From Azolla caroliniana (Eukaryota > Plantae > Polypodiophyta), in the NCBI GenBank assembly GCA_043228905.1, contig JBHGNT010000016.1, positions 17,360,001 through 17,424,000 of the forward strand: 64,000 nt of DNA, given 5' to 3'. The translations under genes were made by a program, and so were the position numbers. The notes under the pieces were generated by a model, which had not been told where the DNA came from, searched no databases, and worked only from the letters and a program-made list of their open reading frames with translations. Below are positions 23,375 through 35,260 of the stretch, piece by piece. Every line of letters starts with the position of its first letter. Positions within the stretch are counted from its first letter, which is position 1.

Positions 23375-25834
23375 GGTGCCGCGCGTTCTTGAACTAGGAG
23401 TTTGTGCCAGCCTTTAGTCGTTTTAATAGTCGCTATCTTCTCCTTTTTTTCTTTTTTTTTTCTTAACGGTTATTTACAACCTATTTTTACATTATGATAC
23501 AAGTGGGGCCGTCCATTTTACATTGCGGGTTCTCCGGCTCTGTCCCGTTCGGTGGTGAATGGGTTAGCTGGCGTAGGGCCCAGGTAAGGTTTGAGCCAAA
23601 ACCCATTCACCTTTTGCCGTACTACTTCTCCGGCCAGCGTACCTAGTTGGAACATGCCTTGTTCCTCTCCAATTATCCAGTATGGGCCAGTCTAGCGGAA
23701 TCGTAACTTCCCCGGCATATGGCCCATGCGCGTTTGGAAAACGAGCACCGCTCGACCCACGGCGAACTCCTTTTCCCTTGCGTTCCGATGTCAATCCACA
23801 AACGCTTTACGCCGTCGTTGTTCCTGCTCCAACACTGCCATGCTGTGGACGCGTTTTTCCCCTAGTTCGAGGAGTTGGTAGAGCCGTATCTCCTCCGACT
23901 TGGCTGCTGATAGTCGGTACCGTACCTGAATTCGCAAACTAGGTATCTGAAATTCGATCGGCATCACAGCCTCCAACTCAAACGCTAGTCGAAACGGTGT
24001 TGACTGTATGCTTGTTTTGTAGCTAGTTCTGTACGCCCATAACGCACTCTGTAATTTGGTATCCCAGTCTGTTCTATTTTCATTGACGATTTTCTTCAAA
24101 ATGGTCTGTAACGTCTTGTTGGTGGATTCTGCTAATCCATTCGCATGCGAATAATATGGCGTGCTCTTCTTATGCACTACGGTGTAATGATGTGTTAGTT
24201 CCCGAACCATCGTATTGAGAAAGTGACTCCCCTAGTCACTGATGAGCTCAATCGAGCAGCCGAACCGGCACGAGATGTGCTCGTAAAGGAATCTGGTTGT
24301 GACGGCCTCCGTATTTTCACGTAGGGCCTTTGCTTCTACCCATTTGGTGTAGTAATCCGTGGCTACCAATATGTATTTATTGCCCGTACGGGCCGCCACT
24401 TGTGTGAAGGGCCCCACAAAATCTAATCCCCACTTTTGGAAGGGGTCTAGCGGTAATACGGGCTGGTGTGGCATCCTTGCGCCCTCCGCGGGCTGTCCCA
24501 TCCGTTGACACAAATCACACTTTCGACAATACTCGGATGCGTCCTTCTGCGTTGTTGGCCACCATAGGCCCACCTGCCATATTTTTCGGGCTGTAACGTC
24601 GCCCGCGTAATGGCCGCCTGCCGTGCCGCAGTGTGCCTCCCATAAAACTGCTTCCTTCTCATCCTGACGTACCCCACGTGGCCAAATGTCGTCACTTCCT
24701 TTGTGATATAAAATGCCTTCAACGAGGCAGAAGTGACGACTTCGGACGGCGAGTCGTTTCTTCTCGTCCGTGCATAATTGTGGTGGAGGCAGTCCCGTAG
24801 TTAAAAAGTACGTCATTTCCATAAGCCACCAGTCCGGAAAAGTCGATTCCGTTCTTTCTGCTAGTGTTGCTACCCGCAGGATGTCGGCGTTCAGAAAATC
24901 GTCGTCATCTTTCTGTATTGTTTCTCCATTCTTGAGTCTGCTCAAAAAATCCGCCACTACGTGTTGCATCCCTGGTCGGTGCTGGATTACGAAATTGAAT
25001 TCCTGGAGCAGCAGCATCCACCGCGCCAATTTCCCTGTCAGGGCTTGTTTCTCCACCAAATACAGTAGTGTCGAATGATCCACGTGGAACATGAATTTCC
25101 TTCCTAATAAATAGTGTCGGAATTTATTAATGTTATAGATCATCCCTAGCGCCTCCCGCTCCGTTGTGGAATAGTTGCGCTCTGCTGTTGATAATTTGCG
25201 ACTCGCGTAGTATACTGGCCTGTACCAGTTTGGTTCAGTGAGCTGCATTAGTGCGCTTCCTATTGCTATGTCCGAGGCATCGACGAACACATGGAATGGC
25301 TTCGCCCAAACTGGTGGTTGTACAACGGGAGCCTGTGTGAGCATTATCTTAAGTGCCTCATAGGCCTTATCCTCTGTTGCAGTTCATTGGAAAGGAGTCT
25401 GATGTACGACAGCGTGTAACGGTGTGGCGAAGTCCGCCAAATACCGTATCATCCGGCTATGCCACCGTATTTGTCCTAAAAACCGGCTAAGTGATTTGGC
25501 GTTTGTCGGAGTTTTGGCTTGCGTAATCGCGGAGATCTTGTTCAGGTCAACTGTTATTCCCTCCTTGCTGACTATATGGCCTAAGAGAGTCCCGTTGGTC
25601 ACGCCGAAGGCACATTTTGTGGGATTCAGGCTTAAGCGTGCGGTGCGGCAACGTTCCAGGCACAGTCGTAAGTGTGAAAAATGGTCTATTGTTCTCCCAT
25701 ATACCGCAAAGTCGTCTAGAAAAACTTGCATGAACGCTAGAATGTATTCCCCAAATATCTCCGTAATTGTCCGTTGAAACATTGCTGGCGTTATCTTTAG
25801 CCCGAACATCATGACGACTACCACATATACTCCC

Positions 25835-26486
25835 CAGTCTGTGGCAAACGTCGTCTTCTCCTGGTCCTCAGGATGCATGCGTACCTGATTATTGCCACTG
25901 AAGCCATCTAAAAAACTATACATCTCATGGCCTGCAACGGTGTCCAGTACGCTATCAGTGAAGGGTAAGGGAAATGCGTCTGTGATGGTTACGGCGTTTA
26001 ATTTTTAGTAATCTACGCATACCCGTATTTTGCCGTTTTTCTTTGGGACGACCACTATCGGGCTTAACCATGTCGCTTGTTTAACTAGTCGTATGAACAC
26101 TGCCTTCAAGAGCTTGTCTATTTCTTCTTTCACGCAGGTCGCGTAGTTTGGGTTCATGCGCAGTCCGTGACAAACGACGTCTTCTCCCGGTCCTCAGGAT
26201 GCATGCGTACCTGATTATAGCCACTAAAGCCATCTAAAAAATTGTACATCTCATGGCCTGCAACGGCATCCAATACGCTATCGGTGAAGGGTAAGGGAAA
26301 TGCGTCCGTGATGGTTACGGCATTTAATTTTCGGTAATCTACGCATACCCGTATTTTGCCGTTTTTCTTTGGGACGACCACTATCGGGCTTAACCATGTC
26401 GCTTGTTTAACTAGTCGTATGAACCCCGCCTTCAGGAGCTTGTCTATTTCTTCTTTCACGCGGGTCGCGTAGTTTGGGTTCATGCA
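25835..26486. repeat. 326-bp tandem duplication of the RT N-terminal region
   Basis: 25835-26160 and 26161-26486 both encode MNPNY..VKEEIDKLLK..FLDGFSG..HPED.EKT. Confidence 0.9.
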
Positions 26487-27172
26487 GTAGCGGCGCTACT
26501 AGACGGGTTTCGCGTCGGTTGCTAAATTGATCTTATGCTGATAGAACTTGGGATCTAACCCCTTCATGTCCTCGTGAGCCCAAGCGAACACATCCCTATA
26601 TTCTATGAGTAGTGCGATCATCGTGCTTCTCTGGTCCGGCCTTAATTCCTTTGCGATGGAGAGGACCCGGGGCTCCGATTCCGTACCCACATTTACTTCT
26701 TCGAGAGCGGAAGCGGTGACTCGTCATGAAATCTCCATTTCCCTTTCGAATGCCACTCGTGCTCTGCTGAGTTCCAATATGGACTCTGGGTATGGTTCGT
26801 AAGGCTCGTCGTGGGGAACAGTGGTCGTGCCATATTCTGCCGCGGTTGCGATGACATCTATTTCGAACAGCGGAATAATCCGAGGTTGTTCGTCGAGGTA
26901 TGCCTCTAATTCTGCATCCTCCACCCCAGCCAGCATATTTATATCCTCCGCGTATAACGGTGTTATACCCTTGGGTTGGGGCGTGCTTCCTTCCGTAGGT
27001 ACGCGAACCTTGGTGCGTCCATGCCGGAAACTGATACACTCATGTTGCCAGCTTTGCTTGATATTTGTTGTCCGAAGCCATGGTCTGCCCAGAAGCACTG
27101 GGTACGCCCCTGGGGCGTCCAAAGCGAGGACGACCACCGAGATGTCGAAGCGGTGTCCGCCCACGATAATGT

Positions 27173-30100
27173 TGTTGAGAAGCAAGCTCAACATGGTATG
27201 TGATGCTTATTAGGAAATAAGCTATAGTAGCTATTTAGCTACTTGTGAACATAAAGGAGAAACAACTAATTAGCTACTGACATCTAATTAGCTACTGACA
27301 GCTATTTAGTGACTGACAGCTAATTAGCTACTGACAGCTATTTAGTGACTGATAGCTAATTAGCTACTGACAGCTATTTAGCGACTGACAGCTAATTAGC
27401 TACAAGCAGCTAATTAGTTGCATACATAAGTAACTTATTACTTAGGTAGAAAGTAAGAGAAAGGCAAGTAAGAAACACAGGAAGTAGAACTCTGAGAGAG
27501 AGAGTGAGGATAGAGAGAAAGAACTTAGAGAGTGAGAGCAAAAGAGAGAAACAAACGAGAGCAAGTAGAGCTCTGCGTGTAATGAAATAGAAGAAGTTTT
27601 GGCTGCTACAGAGGTAAGTCTCCTTCCCCCTTCCCTTCTGTGTTTGAGCACTAAACGATCTAGCACACCACGATCCGCCGCGCACATAAGAAGAGCCCAA
27701 GTGCCTTCTTCACGTTTTCTTAACATGGTATCAGAGCAGAGTTGCTCATAAAGAAGAGTACAGAAGTGCATAGAACTGAGAAAGGTATTTCTCTGGTTGC
27801 TTATCTGAATCAGAAAGTTACTTGTTGAAGTAATTGTAACAGAAAACCTAGTTTGGAAGAGATAATGGTTGCAGAGAATGCAGGCCAAATAGTTACAGAG
27901 AAACTAGATAAACACAATTTCCCGGCGTGGAAATTTAGAATGACAAATTTCCTAATGGGGAAAGGATATTGGGACTACATTGAAGGAGACCTAGAAGAGG
28001 CTCCGGAGATCCCAGAAGAAAATGCCACAGCAGCACAGATTAAAGCATTCAAAGATTGGAATCAAGGGGCAAGGAAGGTAATGCATTGGCTCTCACTTAG
28101 CATCTCAAATTCGATTCTTGGGCACATACAGGATGCTATGCTCCCAAAAGAAGCTTGGGACAGTTTGGTAAAACTGTTCGCAGTAAACACAAAAGCTAGA
28201 AAGCTACAGTTGAAGACTGAGCTAAATACCTTAGAAAAAGGTAAGATGTCAATAAATGAGTATGCTTTGAAAATAAAGAGCATATGTGAATCACTTGCTT
28301 CTATCAATGTAAAGATAGAAGATGATGATAAGGTAGAAATATGCTTGAGAGGCTTAGGACCTCAATACAAAAGCTTTAAAACCTCTATGCTTACAAGGGA
28401 TAGTATCCCAAGTTTTCCAGATCTGGTTTCAATGCTTGTAGTAGAAGAAAGGAATCAGATGGATGATGTAAATAAAGGAAATTTTGAGAATGAGGGGCAA
28501 GCTCTATATAATAGTGCTGGAAGAGGCCAAGGAAGAGGCCATGGAAGATATGGCTCAACAAGAACCAACAATAATGGTTATCAAGGAAGAGGACAACAAA
28601 CCATTAGAGGAAGAAACAACAACAGAGGCAGGGGGAGCAACCAAGGTAGAGGTAAGCAAACATATGTAAATGATGATGGTTGTTGGTACTGTGGAAAACC
28701 AGGCCACACACAGGTTGAATGTTACAAGAAGCAAAATGATGAGAAAAGAGGAAAGAGACAGCAGAATAACTATGCCCAAACTAGTGAAGATTGTGAAAAA
28801 GATGGTGCATTTGTGGTACAACATGAGATAGTAGCAGTGGCTGAAAGCTCACAGAAATTTAATGAAGAGTTTACATGGTATGTAGACTCGGGGGCATCTA
28901 ACCACATGACTGGACATGCAAACTGGTTTGAAAGGTTGAGAGAACCAGAGATTCCTAGCTATGTACAGACGGGTGATAATAGTACACACGAAATAGAACA
29001 TGTTGGAGATATCCCATTGTGGGAAGAAAAAGGAAAGACTAAGTATATGTTGAATGTAATGCATGTTCCAAATCTTGCTAAGAATCTGATTTCTGTTGGA
29101 CAGATAGTAGAGCAAGGTATGCAAGTAAAGTTTAAGCAAAGTGGATGCTATATAGAAAAGAATGGGAAGCTCATTGCAAAAGGAAAACGACAAGGAAGAA
29201 TGTTTATTTTGGATGTTGACATGCCTAGACAGATTTCAGCTATGTTTGCAAATGGAATGAGTGTAGTCTCAGATGTGGAAATGTGGCATAAAAGGATTGG
29301 CCACATAAGTATGCAAACCCTAAAGAATATGTTGAGAAAAGATGCAGTGGCTGGACTGCCAAAACTGAAAAATTGTGAAATGGGAAAGATATGTGAAGCA
29401 TGTCAATATGTGAAGCTCAGATGGTAAATCCGATTCAAATTCTTGGAGTGGAAAAATGGAGGACACAAAAAATGTGATGATAAAAAAGGAAAACAGAAAA
29501 TGTCAGAGTATGAAATGTTGGATGACTTGTCTAAAAACATGGAAGATGAGGATTCAGATATGTCATTGGATGACCTTCTTGGTATAAGAGGATTGAAAAT
29601 CCCTGGTATGGAAAAAGCATTGAAGGATGCAAATCAGAAACTGAGAAGATCAGATAGAGAGAAAAAAACTGTTGAAAGATTTGGTTATGATACATATATG
29701 GCTATGCATTATGCATATATGTCTAAGGTGGTACAAATCCCTGATCCAAGTAGTTTTGATGAGGCTAAAACTGAGAAGAAATGGGTGGATGCAATGCAAG
29801 AAGAGATTGATGCACTAGCTGAAAACAGAACATGGGATTTGGTGAAGTTACCAAAAGAAAAAAATGTGGTAGGTTGCAAATGGGTCTACAAGACAAAGCA
29901 TGATTCCAGTGGGAATGTAAGTAGACATAAAGCAAGATTGGTTGCAAAGGGATATGCCCAAATGCAAGGAATTGATTATGATGAGACATTTGCACCGGTT
30001 GCAAAGATGGCAACATTGAGGACATTATTGGTTGTAGGTGCAGCCAGAAGATGGGTCCTTCATCATATGGATGTAAAAAATGTCTTTTTACATGGTAACT

Positions 30101-31861
30101 TGGAAGAAGAAGTATATATGTGTCAACCACCAGGTTTTGAAGATAGGAAGCATCCAGATTATGTATGTAAGCTGAAAAAGGCTCTCTATGGACTGAAACA
30201 GGCACCAAGAACATGGCACAGAGAACTTTCCGATTATCTGAAAAAACTTGACTTCAAAATGTCAAAGGCCGATTCATCATTGTATGTTAAAAGGAAAGAT
30301 GATTGTATTGTTGTCATTCTGATTTATGTTGATGATCTCATCATTTGAGGTGATTTCATGGATGAGATAAGTAAGCTGAAAAGAAATTTGGAAATGAAAT
30401 TTCATATGAAAGATTTGGGAGATCTGAGATATTTTTTGGGTATTGAAATCATTAGATCTGAAAGTGGTATATATGTGTTGCAAAGACAATATGCAACAAC
30501 TATGTTGAAAAACTATGGTATGCTTGGATGCAAACCTATTGGAGTATCATTAGATAAAAACTGCAAATTGAGGGCTGATTTGGGAGCCAAAATAGAAGAT
30601 GTAAACATGTACAGGTCTATGGTGGGCAGCCTTATTTATTTGACCATAACAAGACCTGATTTGAGTTATGCAGTTGGATTAGTCAGCCAATTTATGCAAC
30701 AGCCAACAAAGCCGCATCTGGACTGCATTAGAAGAATTCTGAGGTATGTAAAAGCTACTCAGAACTATGGATTGTTTTACAGGGCTGATTTGGACATAAA
30801 TCTGGAAGGATATACAGATGCTGATTGGGCTGGAAGCCAAACAGATAGAAGATCCACAAGTGGATATATCTTTACATTGGGAAGTGCAGGTATTTCATGG
30901 AGTAGCAAGAAACAGGCTACTTTTGCATTGTCTAGTACTGAAGCTGAGTACAGAGGAGCTGCCATAGCCACTTGTGAAGAGGTATGGATCAGAAGATTGC
31001 TTGCTGATTTGGGAGAGTATATAGACGGTACTGTCACAATCTAGTGTGACAACATGAGCAGCATTCAGCTTGCAAAGAACCCAATGGTCCATGCAAGAAC
31101 AAAGCACATTGAAGTGCATTATCACTTTGTTAGAGAAAAAGTGATTGAAGGAGAAGTTGATCTGGTGTATGTGAATACAAATCAGCAGGTTGTTGATATT
31201 CTCACAAAGGGATTGAGTGTGGAAAAGCATACACAGTTTCGGAACATAATGGGAGTTGTAGACACTGATATGATGGCTGAAAAGCATCATGGAAAAGAAG
31301 TTGTAGATAACCCCAAGAAAGGATAAGTTGAGCTTGAGGGGGAGTGTTGAGAAGCAAGCTCAACATGGTATGTGATGCTTATTAGGAAATAAGCTATAGT
31401 AGCTATTTAGCTACTTGTGAACATAAAGGAGAAATAGCTAATTAGCTACTGACAGCTATTTAGCTACTGACAGCTATTTAGTGACTGATAGCTAATTAGC
31501 TACTGACAGCTATTTAGCGACTGACAGCTAATTAGCTACAAGCAGCTAATTAGTTGCATACGTAAGTAACTTATTACTTAGGTAGAAAGTAAGAGAAAGG
31601 CAAGTAAGAAACACAGGAAGTAGAACTCTGAGAGAGAGAGTGAGGATAGAGAGAAAGAACTCAGAGAGTGAGAGCAAAAGAGAGAAACAGACAAGAGCAA
31701 GTAGAGCTCTGCGTGTAATGAAATAGAAGAAGTTTTAGCTGCTACAGAGGTAAGTCTCCTTCCCCCTTCCCTTCTGTGTTTGAGCACTAAACGATCTAGC
31801 ACACCACGATCCGCCGCGCACATAAGAAGAGCCCAAGTGCCTTCTTCACGTTTTCTTAACA
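27173..31861 (+). mobile_element. Ty1/copia element with both LTRs, lacking the integrase core
   Basis: LTRs 27173-27725 and 31345-31861 are nearly identical. PBS tggtatcagagc at 27726-27737, PPT gagggggag at 31336-31344, TSD AATGT/AATGC. Gag-protease-zinc finger 27865-29427 and RT/RNase H ~29700-31326 with stops at 30346 and 31042. Confidence 0.95.
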
Positions 31862-32522
31862 AATGCCTATTTTGCGAATTAACCCCAATGGTCGTACTAA
31901 GCGGGTATCTGCCATTCAGAGCCAGAATGGGCAAGCCTCCCATTCGGAAATGCCTAACTGCTCGCAAGTTTTCGCGCTAATTACATTGACGCTTGAGCCG
32001 CCGTCAATTACGCATCCAGGAATTTCCTGTCCGTGTAATATTAACGTAATAGCCGGGTTGTGCTGATCCACCACCGGCGGTCCATCGTTAACGTCTGTCA
32101 GGTTTGTGGCGACACTCACCCCGAGTATGCCTGTCACCCATTCTTCCATGGTCTGGCGGAAGCGTGGGACTAGCTGTAGCAATTTCTCCATGGTTAACGT
32201 TATCTCACAGCCTGCTAACGCCTGCCAAATGGGGTCTGGGACTGGTCTTTCGTCCTCTGTTCACTCCATTATGTTGGCGGACTCCTTCCGCATGCATTCC
32301 GTATTCGTCGCGTTTGCTTTTTCCACCCACGCTTGGGCTTGTTGGCGTAACTCGTCTTGTGCAGCCCAATTAGCCGTTTTTGTTTGCTGGCGTGTCATGA
32401 CTTGCTGCACTTCCGCCGTAATCGTATTGACAGCGGTGTCGTGCCTTTCGGCTCCGGATCGTTTGCGTGAGTCGGGTGGGAACCACCGGGGTTTTGGACT
32501 AGGAGGAGGAAGAATTTGAGGC

Positions 32523-33296
32523 TAATCTAGTTATGAATATGAATAGATTATAAGAAAGAGATATAGAAACTTGTGAATCCCACAAGTATAATTGTTTTAG
32601 TTTATCTAAATCGTAGTAATAAATTGAAATAATTTAGAATAGATTAGAGTAGATTGAGAAAAGAGATCAAACCTTGTGAATCCCACAAGTATTACATTAA
32701 TCAATATTTATGTAAGAATATGAATTTAGATTGAAAGAGATAGATTATCTTAAACTTCGTGAATCCCACGAGTATATTTTATTGATTGTTGGTGTTTTAG
32801 GAAATATATCCAATTTCCCAAATATTTTTCACACGCCTATTACATTGTGCTCCCCATCCTTATGTAGTGATGGGAGAGACTAAGCATAGCTACATGCTTT
32901 TTTTCTAATATGTTCATGCACACTAAATATGCATGTGATGCTTTTCTAATCCTTGCTTTTATTTGCTAAATATAGTGCTCATGCACGCTAGATGTGCACG
33001 AGTCACTTTTTAGTTGCTTGCGTTTTTTCTATAAAATATTCACACACTCTAAAAATGCACGATTTACCTTTTAATAAAGGTAGGCGCAAATAAAGCACTT
33101 ATAGTTATTAAATCTATTTATAGAATACTAAAGATAAGGGTAAAGTTGAGGTTTGGCTACGTGGAGGTACAGGGTTCAAATCTTGCCCTATGCACGTGAT
33201 AAATACCTTGATATTCTTATTTTATTTATTTATATGTAATTAAATCGGTTATATTATTTTTACTTTTTCACGTAGTGTACGAAATACACTACGACA
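32523..33296. mobile_element. AT-rich ~775-bp insertion in gypsy A gag, probably an LTR fragment
   Basis: Sharp compositional switch. Right end reads TGTCG on the minus strand, with a hairpin at 33271-33293 and three copies of cttgtgaatcccacaagtat. Confidence 0.6.
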
Positions 33297-35260
33297 GCGG
33301 GCCCCTTTCCCTTGCGTGTTGGGCATTGTGTGGCATAATGTTTGGGTTGCTGACAGATGAAACAATGGATGCTTGATTCACCCTTCTCGGCTCCTGGTGG
33401 TGTGTGTCGCTCCCCTGGTGCTACTTGCTCCTCGCGGTTCGGCCTTGTTTGTCGGAATGTACGCGGTGGTTGTTGTTGGTCCCGTCGTTGTTCCTGGTGC
33501 CGCTCATCTCCCGAGCTTTCGTCGTAACACCGGTGATCTCGATATTACTGTGGCTTACCACGATAACCGTTGAAGCCGCCCCGTTTGTTTGTCGGCCGGT
33601 GATTCTCATAGCGCCGACCTCCTTTGGCATAAGTCGGTTGTCCCCGGTACTCCTCGTCCTCTGGTTCGCCCTCCTCGGAATCGTTGTGATTTCGACGATT
33701 CCGGTGGTGCCGGTCATCCCGTGGGTTGCAATCCCTATACCGGGGTTGGTCTTCTTGCCTCCTTGGTTCAGTCCGGTGTGGTGGTCGCTGCGTGTCCATG
33801 TTGCGGACTGCGGGAGCGGCTCTGTTCAACATATTGTATTTGCATTGGTCGACTGTGTGAGCCTTCGAGTGGCAGATGGGGCAGTGGATTCGCATATTGC
33901 ACTCCACTGCGGAATGCCCCGAGTTCAAGCAAATCGTGCACTAGATGGCTTGACGAAACTGGCGTTCCTCGTCCTGAGGTAACGCTTGTCGTAAGGAGGA
34001 CATAGCAAACCTTTCCTCCTTGTCATCCAACTCGAGTTGTAATGCTCGTTCTATTACCATATCCGCCATTTCCCCTTTCACGCTATTGCTGTTGAGCGTT
34101 GCCCGGATGGGTCGGCGTAAAGCTGTCAGAAATGTTTCTCGAGCCTCGTCCTCCGCGAGGCTTCGTTCCAGTTTCCGTCGTAAATTTTGGAAACAAAAGC
34201 TGAAGTCTGCTATCGTCTCGGTCGGCAGTTGCTTAATTGTGTAAAACTGCCCGAGGATTTCGCGTTGTGGAACCCTCCGATGGAAGAACCGTAAGAAAGC
34301 GGACTGCAGTTGATCGAAGGTTGTTATTGCTGGTAAGTCCATCTGTGAGTGCCAAAACGCCGCCCACCCATCTAATGTTAACCCGAACTCCGTCATTTTC
34401 GATTGGTGTGCCACCGCCTCTGAAAGGCTCTGCGCCATGTGGTTCGCATTCCAGACATTCAGGAACATGCGAATATGAGTTGCGGTGTTGGTTTCGCCGT
34501 TAAAGCGAGGGTAGGCAAAGGCCATGGTGGAAGCTACAGCAGGTCGAGAAAGACCACAGGGTGGCTGTGGTGAGCGTGGTCTCCGCTTGTCGTCGAGGTG
34601 TTTGGGGAGCGACGAATCACTTTTATAATCACGGAAGGCAGTACTGAGGTCGCTAAGGTGCGGCTTTTGCCCTGCGCGTTCTTCCGCCTGGTGTGTGACG
34701 GACCTTGTTATTGGCCGGTCTTGTCGTGTTGGTTCTCTGGGGCGTCTGCAGCTAAACATCTATTCGTCGTTGTTCATCTGTGAGAAGACACAGATCACCA
34801 AGCGTGCCAAAAGTGTTACCGATTAGGAACACGGTCCGAGGTCAGTCCTTCGACCTGGACCTCCAAGTGGGTGTGGAACAACGAATAGGCGTCTAAGCAT
34901 AATGCGTAGGGGAAGGGGAAGGTTCCCTATAACCTATCAGCGTATATAGGGAACGGCTACAACCGAATCCCTACCAAGGGTTACACTTACGCACATTGAA
35001 CGCTTAGGTATTCAAGACACACACAGTAGATTAGCCGTAGCTATACACAAGAAATTAGAGAAGATAGGATTCTATTATCAGACGTTTCTTTACATTCCCA
35101 AAATTACACGCATCCTCTATCAGAGGTTTTCTGCCCTTTATATACGCAGGGTCTATTTAGCCGTTCACGCTTCCTGCGTGAACCGTTACATGCGTTATGG
35201 ACTTATATTATTTCTTATTCCTACGCTTTTGTCCGTCGGTTACTATTCCGGCGGACAACA

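Larger units (their letters stand above)
21226..35260 (-). mobile_element. Non-chromovirus Ty3/gypsy element A (5' LTR, PBS, gag, pol, extra 3' ORF) with nested insertions
   Basis: 5' LTR 35260-34814 (TGTTG...GTAACA), PBS tggcacgc resembling a tRNA-Arg complement, gag ~34759-33297 with three CCHC knuckles, protease IDGGS, RT FLDD, RNase H DASDIAIG and integrase WGLDFVGP...GPY to ~23564. Confidence 0.9.

Noticed and set aside
27263-27420. 18-bp repeat array as CRISPR or iteron
   Set aside because: The units are contiguous with no unique spacers, and the array is present in both LTRs of a copia element.
32560-32780. Three spaced palindromic ~20-bp repeats resembling a CRISPR array
   Set aside because: The spacers are long, uneven and similar to each other, there are no cas genes, and the context is a eukaryotic TE.
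32523-33296. Helitron call based on the terminal hairpin
   Set aside because: There is no 5' TC or 3' CTRR after the hairpin, and the insertion site is not A|T.
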